DNA from: Candidatus Bathyarchaeota archaeon
Lineage (GTDB): Archaea; Thermoproteota; Bathyarchaeia; Bathyarchaeales; Bathyarchaeaceae
Reading direction: 5' to 3'
Assembly (NCBI GenBank): GCA_963697165.1
Contig: CAVOMX010000012.1
Span: forward strand, 139,110-203,109
Length of the DNA stretch: 64,000 nucleotides
The notes under the pieces are model-generated. The model was not told the DNA's origin and did no database searches. It worked only from the letters and a program-made list of their open reading frames with translations. The position numbers and the translations under genes were made by a program. Below, in pieces: positions 57,587 to 64,000 of this stretch (position 1 is its first letter; the number at the start of each line of letters is the position of its first letter).

Positions 57587-58216
57587 ATGGTGTTCAAAAA
57601 GAAGACTTGCACTAACCAAAGTTCTCAAACCGAAATTGGCTATGATTTAGCAAATATCATCTCAATATTTGTTGCTCCCCCAACATTGGCCCTTGTGGCT
57701 ACTGTCTCTTTTTCTCTCTGGTCGCCTATTGGTTTGGGTTTACTTTCTGCACCTTTTAGTATCCTGCTCTGTTTTTTCTGCTTTGCTTTCTTCCCCTTTT
57801 TATCAGTACTTTATGTGTATCGAAAGAATGTTGGCGATTTATACGTTTCAAAAAGAAAAGCCAGAACACCTTTTTTCTTGATTGCTATAACCAGTTATTC
57901 ATTTGCGGCTATAATTTTCTTAGTTACCAACACCAAAATAATGTATTTGTTGGCTTTAGGTTACACACTTGTTTCAATAATTCTTATGGTTGTTAATTTG
58001 TTCTGGAAGGTCAGTGTTCATTGTGCTGGCGTGACTGGACCCATTTTTGCGCTTATTTTCGTATTTGGCATAAATGCCCTACCCTTATCTTTGATTGTAG
58101 GGTTAGTAGGTTGGTCTAGAATAAAACTAAAAAACCACACTTTCGCACAAACGCTCGTAGGAACACTAATCTCATTGACTGTTGGTGTTGTAGAATTTAC
58201 AATGCTTTACATTTAG
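57587..58216 (+). CDS. PAP2-like integral membrane protein
   Basis: WKVSVH and WSRIKLKNHT; multiple TM segments. Confidence 0.7.
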   Translation: MVFKKKTCTNQSSQTEIGYDLANIISIFVAPPTLALVATVSFSLWSPIGLGLLSAPFSILLCFFCFAFFPFLSVLYVYRKNVGDLYVSKRKARTPFFLIAITSYSFAAIIFLVTNTKIMYLLALGYTLVSIILMVVNLFWKVSVHCAGVTGPIFALIFVFGINALPLSLIVGLVGWSRIKLKNHTFAQTLVGTLISLTVGVVEFTMLYI

Positions 58217-58438
58217 GTTAACGCTCTTTGACGAGGCTTCCCATAAAGATTTCGACACAAAATTTTTGATGCAATTCGCTACGTAATTGCCAGTCTTTTA
58301 GATTTCGCATTCATTCAAGCAAAAAAATCCCACAAGTAAACCGTAAAAACGACTTCATACATTTTCATATATTAATGCTGAATCATTAATGAAAGTTAGT
58401 TAGTGGTTTTGATGAAATTTTTTCAAATGTTTCTGGAT

Positions 58439-58825
58439 TTAAATCCCACAACATCCAATTCTGTTTTGTATTTGGTGATTGATTGCAGTCACATATTTGT
58501 CTGTAATTGCCTTGGCCTCCAAGGGAATTAAAGCTCCAGCACCTCCCATTAAGCTAGGCATTTGAGAGTCAGTTAGTCTAAAATTGAAATGTACTTGTTC
58601 TTTGTTTTTTAACTTCAAAATTAAGAGTGAAAGAGATGTAAAAGTTTCCATCATCCCATAAGCTTCTTCAATTTCTCCAAGAGAGATTTCATTTTCAATT
58701 TTCCATGTTAAACGAAATAGTCCTTTTCCTTTCTGAACTAATAGACGCTTATTAGTTAATACCAACTTTTTCCTATGACCCCAAAAGCCCTCATCTAAAA
58801 TCACATTTTCGTCTTCTTCACATTC
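58439..58825 (-). CDS. PH-like domain hypothetical protein
   Basis: KLVLTNKRLL...EISLGEIE pattern. Confidence 0.55.
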   Translation of the reverse strand, partial: ECEEDENVILDEGFWGHRKKLVLTNKRLLVQKGKGLFRLTWKIENEISLGEIEEAYGMMETFTSLSLLILKLKNKEQVHFNFRLTDSQMPSLMGGAGALIPLEAKAITDKYVTAINHQIQNRIGCCGI

Positions 58826-59116
58826 CATAAATCCATCCCCCGTCTGTTTTAAGAGCAATTTAACTATAACATTTCCTCTAAAATGTAGTTCGAACTTTTT
58901 TACAAAAAACCAAAACAGCACACTCATGTTAGCTTTTTCATAGATTTTTTGTAGCCTTTCAGGATTCTAGTAATTATAATGCCTCCCCATTACTGATTTG
59001 GGGGAGTTTTCCACCGAAAGCACCAATATATCTTATAATTACGGATTGTAAGGTCACAACGCATATTTCTTCTAAAGTAAATTATTTCCTAGATTTATTA
59101 CGAGGCGGTTTTCAGT

Positions 59117-59860
59117 TTGAAATTGAAAAAATCCTTTTTGATTTATTTTTTTTTACTTTTATCAACTGCAATGCTCATCCAGTTAGGTTTTGCTCAAGTT
59201 AGAACAGCAGGCGTTTCTGAAGGCGATTGGTTCAAATACGGTTTTAGTTTTCAATGGGATTCAGAATTAAATATGACTTCTGAAGATTTTCCTTTTGCCG
59301 ATTTTATGCTGGGAGAATGGGTTACGCTAACTATTCAGGATGTTTCTGATACAAATGTTACAGGCCAGTTTACATTACATTTTGAGAATGGTACAGAACA
59401 TTTCCAGAATGGTTCGGTAGATTTAATCACTGGTGAAGGAGATTTGAGGAATTGGTTGGTTTCAACAGATTTGAATGCTAATGATTCGCTTTATGCATCA
59501 GAAATTAATGAAAGAATAAATGAAACCATAATTCAAATGTATCATTGGGGTTCTCGAGAAACTAACCATCTTGTATATTCATATAATTTTAGTTCAAGGG
59601 AAGATTATTCCGATCTCAGTGTAGATATGTTCTGGGATCAAGAAATGGGGGTTCTCACTGAACTGTCATTCGAGGCAGACGTTTTAGTAAATGGAACTTC
59701 TATGGATGCTTCTGGATCATTGGTAATAATCGAATCCAATAGAATAGAGGACGTTCCTGAATTTACTATACCCATCTTTATATTTACAATAGTTACAGTG
59801 ACACTTCTGATTTTAGTGTTAAAAAAGAAAAAACGCCTCATCTTAACACCTTCATATTAG
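59117..59860 (+). CDS. Secreted surface protein with PEF-CTERM-like sorting signal
   Basis: Signal peptide, GVSEGDWFKY, VPEF followed by TM and KKKKR. Confidence 0.75.
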   Translation: MKLKKSFLIYFFLLLSTAMLIQLGFAQVRTAGVSEGDWFKYGFSFQWDSELNMTSEDFPFADFMLGEWVTLTIQDVSDTNVTGQFTLHFENGTEHFQNGSVDLITGEGDLRNWLVSTDLNANDSLYASEINERINETIIQMYHWGSRETNHLVYSYNFSSREDYSDLSVDMFWDQEMGVLTELSFEADVLVNGTSMDASGSLVIIESNRIEDVPEFTIPIFIFTIVTVTLLILVLKKKKRLILTPSY

Positions 59861-59957
59861 CCTTTTCGTTTATTCTTTTCAATCGTTATGGAGAATAATC
59901 CCTTTAATGTGTTTCTAAGATGCAGCGGGGAGCTCCTAAAAAACACGCTCGCATTGC

Positions 59958-60242
59958 TTATTTATACCATTTCTGAATTTCTTCAACCGCATCTTTTGAG
60001 GTTAGGTTTGTTAGCATACATTCTACACTCTTTTTACATTCTATACATTCACTTGGTATAGGTTCACCACTTTCACGTTCCCTAAGATAGCCAAAATAAT
60101 GTAAACATCCCTGTTCAATCGTTTCCTTTGCTACTTTAGTAGAACATAAAGGGCATGCATAGTACTGAACTAACTTTGGAGTATCAAAAATGTGTTTACA
60201 CTTGGGATTTTCGCAGGTGTATTTTTTTTCTTGATCCTGCAA
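59958..60242 (-). CDS. Small Zn-finger protein
   Basis: CENPKC, CPLC, CLHYFGYL, CIEC...C. Confidence 0.7.
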   Translation of the reverse strand: MQDQEKKYTCENPKCKHIFDTPKLVQYYACPLCSTKVAKETIEQGCLHYFGYLRERESGEPIPSECIECKKSVECMLTNLTSKDAVEEIQKWYK

Positions 60243-60382
60243 TTTGGCTCTTTTACTTATTTATAATAATCCTTATTAGATTTTATTGTTTACTGCTTCA
60301 GTAATTTCTGCTTAGAGACAGTTTCAGCCTATTTAAACTTGAAAAACAATGCGTGCTCATTGCACTCAAGAAGATCTAATTT

Positions 60383-60592
60383 TTATTTTTTAGTGCTGTA
60401 TAGACAATCGATCAATTGCAGGCAGAAAAGACATTCTTGAGGAATTGGAGATTTCTTAGGGCGAACTGCCAAATATCCATAATCGTGAGAGCATGCCATT
60501 GAAACTTTTTCTTTATTTACTGTTTCTTTGGGTGATTCTAAGTGTTCTTTTTTTCGTTCCCTAATAATGGTTTTATTTTTTCGAATATGCAT
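60383..60592 (-). CDS. Small Zn-finger protein, paralog of 59958-60242
   Basis: CSHDYGYL...IPQECLFC...C. Confidence 0.6.
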   Translation of the reverse strand: MHIRKNKTIIRERKKEHLESPKETVNKEKVSMACSHDYGYLAVRPKKSPIPQECLFCLQLIDCLYSTKK

Positions 60593-60786
60593 AACCTAAC
60601 ACAGTCCTCTTGAGATAATCTATAACTTAAGTCTTGATATATCTATTATTACGTAATTCGATATGTGTTTGAAATTTGTATAATACGTCTCCAAAAAACC
60701 ATAAAGCAGTAATATCCACACAGCATGTTCATTCATGAAAAAGTTTATGTTTTCATTACTTCACCACAATTACAGGGTGCACCAGA

Positions 60787-61389
60787 TTGAAGGAACCTTT
60801 CGCCAAATTTGTTAAAACCCAACTAAGTTCCAACATCCTATTACTTACATGTGGACTTCCAGGAACCTGGAAAACAGAAACCTCACAAGAAATCTCAAAA
60901 ATCAAAGGCTACCCAATCCTCAGAACCGACATAATCCGACTAGAAGTCCGAAAAACGAGGACATCTTTGACGTAAAAGTTGCAGGAAACATGAACAAACG
61001 ACAACTCGTCTACGATGAAATGTTTAGACAAGCAGAAACTCTTGCAAAAAAAGGCAAAGGCGTAATCCTAGACGCCACCTTTGTAACCCGTGACCTAAGA
61101 GGACGCGCCGCTGAGATTGCCGCAAAAACCAAGATTCCCTTTGTTATACTCCGAGACCAACTGCTCCGAAAAGGCATCCATTAACCGAATTTTGCGGAGA
61201 ACCAAAGAAAACTATGAATCTAACGCCCTAACCAAGGAAGCCTACATCGTCAACAAGAACAAGTTTGAGTCCGTCAACCTGGACGACCTGAAAGAGAGGC
61301 ATCCAAATCTTGAGCTAATTCACCTAACAGTTGACACAGAAAATGACAATCCCCAAGACTGGTACATCATCGGAAAAAAAGTCAAATAA
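60787..61389 (+). CDS. P-loop kinase-like protein (AAA_33/COG0645-like), frameshifted
   Basis: CGLPGTWKT, LRTDIIR, VILDATF. Confidence 0.8.
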
Positions 61390-61404
61390 TCGGACTTAGA
61401 CTGT

Positions 61405-62278
61405 ATGTTAATCGATTTGCATATTCACTCAAAAACCTGCTCTGATGGAAACCTGACTGTAGAAGAAATCATCAGAGAAGCCAAAGCCAGAAAAATCAAC
61501 TTAATATCGATTACCGATCACGACTCGATTGACTGCCAAAAAAAAGCCATGAACCTAGCCAAAAAAAACCAAATCAGCTACATCTACGGCATCGAACTAA
61601 ACATATCCTTTTCGTACCCAGACTTCGACAACGGCAAACCCGCCTCGTTAGACCTGCTAGGCTACCAATTTGACATAAACAACAAGCCATTACAGAAAAA
61701 ACTAGAACAAATCAGCCAATACAGAGAAGAACGAGCTGCAAAAATCCTAGAAAAACTCAACACAGAATTCAAAAAAGAGGGACACAAAAACTTCACAAAA
61801 AACGACTTGACCATAATCCAAAACTCCGCCGATGGCACTCTAGGCAGACCACACATAGCAGATTACATGATTAACAAAGGAATCGTCGCAGACAGAAAAG
61901 AAGCCTTCGAAAAGTACCTCCTGAAAATGCAACGTTCCCAAATATCCCCTGTACCTCAAAGAAGCATCGATTTTGCTGAGAAACGCTGGCGGAATATTCG
62001 TGTTAGCCCACCCAAACGACCCATACGGAACATCACTCACTAAACTAACCAAATCACTACAAGAACAAACAACCATAATCAAAGAATCGATGCTACCCTA
62101 CATTGATGGTATAGAATGCTGGCACTCCAGAAACACCACAGAAACAACAAACCATTACCTAAACTTTTCAAAAAAACACGGACTAATCATGACCGGAGGA
62201 AGTGACTGCCACCAGAACCCCATCATCATGGGAACAGTTAAAGTCCCCACTTTTGTGGCACAACAATTCCTCAAATAG
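61405..62278 (+). CDS. PHP-domain phosphoesterase (YciV/TrpH-like), frameshifted
   Basis: DLHIHS..SDG, ITDHD, GRPHIA, LAHP, GGSDCH. Confidence 0.9.
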
Positions 62279-62325
62279 GACCTCCTTTTCACAATCAAAA
62301 CTGTTTAGCATACTCTGCAGCCAAC

Positions 62326-63309
62326 TCAAAATAAGCCCCTGGCCCTTATCTTTGCATCACTCTTCTCTTTGATACCCACGGTGGGGTCGTTTAATTTAAA
62401 ACTGATAACCTTTCCGCGAACATACGCTCGGTAACACTTGTAGAACTGAAGAATTCTCACTAACTCATTGTCTCCAGAATACTGAACATATTTTTCAACA
62501 AAAAAGCTAGACAAGTCACTTCGATCTTTAAAGTCCAAGTCCATGGCTAAAAAAGCAATTTCCGAGGCAACATCACAATGCCTGAATCTTTCATTAAATT
62601 CTATCGCATCAAAAATGTAAATCTTATCCGCAACAAAGATGTTACCCGAATGAACATCCCCATGGCACTCTCTGATTCTGTTATCCTCTACTCTCTTCGC
62701 AAAAAAAGCCACATTTTCCCGCATAAACTCGTCTACTCTTTCACGTATTAACCTGTAACCTTCCGGAGATATCGTTTCGCCGACGAACTTCTCGGTTTGC
62801 TCAAAATTCTCTCGCCAGTTCGTCTCTATCATAGACAATGACCCAAACCCGCAAATTCTATTGCTTGTTCTTGCCTTCAAGTGAAATTCAGCGATAATCT
62901 TCGCCATTTTATCAACAAGACTTTTATCAACTTTGCCTTCTTCAAGAAGCCGAGTCATTATCTTTTCTTCAGGAATTCTTTTCATCTTCACGGCGTATTC
63001 GATGGTTTCTCCTTCACCGTTTACTTTGATAACATCTGCTGCTGATTTATTGACGGGAACAACCTCCAGATACATGCCTCCACATAACCGCCTGTTTAGC
63101 TCCAACTCTTTCGCGCAAAAGAAATGCCTCTTCTCAAGAGTCGAAAAATCTAGAAACCCAAAATCTACAGCCTTTTTAACCTTGTAAACAAAATTTCTGG
63201 TTAAGAAAACAAATGAAATGTGGGTTTGTTTCAATTCAATTTCCCCCATTTCTTCCCCGTAAGCCTCAGGCTTCATCAAAGCCTCTACCAACTGCTTCTG
63301 AACCATCAA
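62326..63309 (-). CDS. Aminoglycoside-phosphotransferase-like kinase (COG2187-like)
   Basis: THIS...YKVKKAVDFGFLDFS, ECHGDVHSGN, FDAIEF, LAMDL, YRAYVRGK. Confidence 0.85.
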   Translation of the reverse strand: MMVQKQLVEALMKPEAYGEEMGEIELKQTHISFVFLTRNFVYKVKKAVDFGFLDFSTLEKRHFFCAKELELNRRLCGGMYLEVVPVNKSAADVIKVNGEGETIEYAVKMKRIPEEKIMTRLLEEGKVDKSLVDKMAKIIAEFHLKARTSNRICGFGSLSMIETNWRENFEQTEKFVGETISPEGYRLIRERVDEFMRENVAFFAKRVEDNRIRECHGDVHSGNIFVADKIYIFDAIEFNERFRHCDVASEIAFLAMDLDFKDRSDLSSFFVEKYVQYSGDNELVRILQFYKCYRAYVRGKVISFKLNDPTVGIKEKSDAKIRARGLF

Positions 63310-63654
63310 AGTATCTCACACCTTACTATCTTCAAACTTTTACACACTATTTCACTAAAGTCTTCCAGACCCGTTTCTACACCCTCAGAATGTACAGAGT
63401 TTTGTCTGCCTTTCTGATGTAAATAAAAACCTAAACGCAATATATAGATATATTTCGTTACCTTCATAACACCCTGAATCGCCTCAATCTTCTAGCACTT
63501 TAAAGCCTTAAGCTTCTGTTACTCAATTGAAGTACATGTCTATACTTTGAAACCATTATTTTCAATTCTTTTGTGACGGTTTTTGAGTGCCAAATTGTTT
63601 CCCTTCGCCATAAAGGCTTAAATATCCTGCTGGTTACTGACTTGGACGATAGAT

Positions 63655-64000
63655 ATGACAAAATGGGGATACTCAATAACCGATATGAATCTAGAGAAGA
63701 CAGCAAAAGCTAGCGGACGCGAAATGAGAGTGTCACCCAAACACGCACGAGAAGTGTGTAATACCATAAAAGGAATGAAACTCGGTCAAGCCAAAGACTA
63801 CCTTCGTCAAGTTATCCTGAAGAAAAAACCTGTTCCATTCCGGAGATTTAACAAAAAAGTAGGACATCGCCATGGCTTAGAAAAGGGCTTCTCTGGCAGA
63901 TACCCTGTTAAAGCTGCACAACACATTTTAATGGTGCTTGAAGGCGCTGAAGCAAACGCCGAATATAAAGGACTTGAAATGGAACGACTACGAATAATAC
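63655..64000 (+). CDS. rpl22: 50S ribosomal protein L22 (uL22), 3' end outside the window
   Basis: MTKWGYS...KASGREMRVSPKHAREVC...GRYPVKAA...NAEYKGL. Confidence 0.93.
   Translation, partial: MTKWGYSITDMNLEKTAKASGREMRVSPKHAREVCNTIKGMKLGQAKDYLRQVILKKKPVPFRRFNKKVGHRHGLEKGFSGRYPVKAAQHILMVLEGAEANAEYKGLEMERLRII

Overview
Archaeal chromosomal segment, most likely Bathyarchaeia (inferred from the PQQ-like beta-propeller surface protein, the C-x-H-(Y/D)-(F/Y)-G-Y-L Zn-finger proteins, a crenarchaeal-type SSB, and tRNAs with non-canonical BHB introns). Many genes are broken by 1-2 nt indels that look like uncorrected long-read errors. The core block (6.5-15 kb) holds ssb, rtcB, ogg1, an MBL hydrolase, pcm, fen1, cdc48 and EF-1beta. 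The window also has the SRP RNA, five tRNAs (Gly-GCC, Phe-GAA, Val-CAC, Val-GAC, Ala-GGC; the first three carry introns), and rpl22 at the right edge. Main finding: pcm (protein L-isoaspartate O-methyltransferase) is interrupted by a 31-nt insertion (10600-10630) that forms a strict bulge-helix-bulge motif. Removing it at the standard endonuclease cut sites restores the frame and the conserved SAPHMV motif, so it looks like a tRNA-type intron in an archaeal mRNA other than cbf5, three genes from the splicing ligase rtcB. Second finding: the divergent tRNA-Val(GAC)/tRNA-Ala(GGC) pair is flanked by decayed integrative elements with att repeats and SSV1-type split integrases, and the Ala element's int(N) and int(C) rejoin in frame on excision. 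An AT-rich island between the SRP RNA and tRNA-Gly carries a Zn-phospholipase C-like/AbfB (CBM42) fusion and relics of a Rep-like HTH gene.
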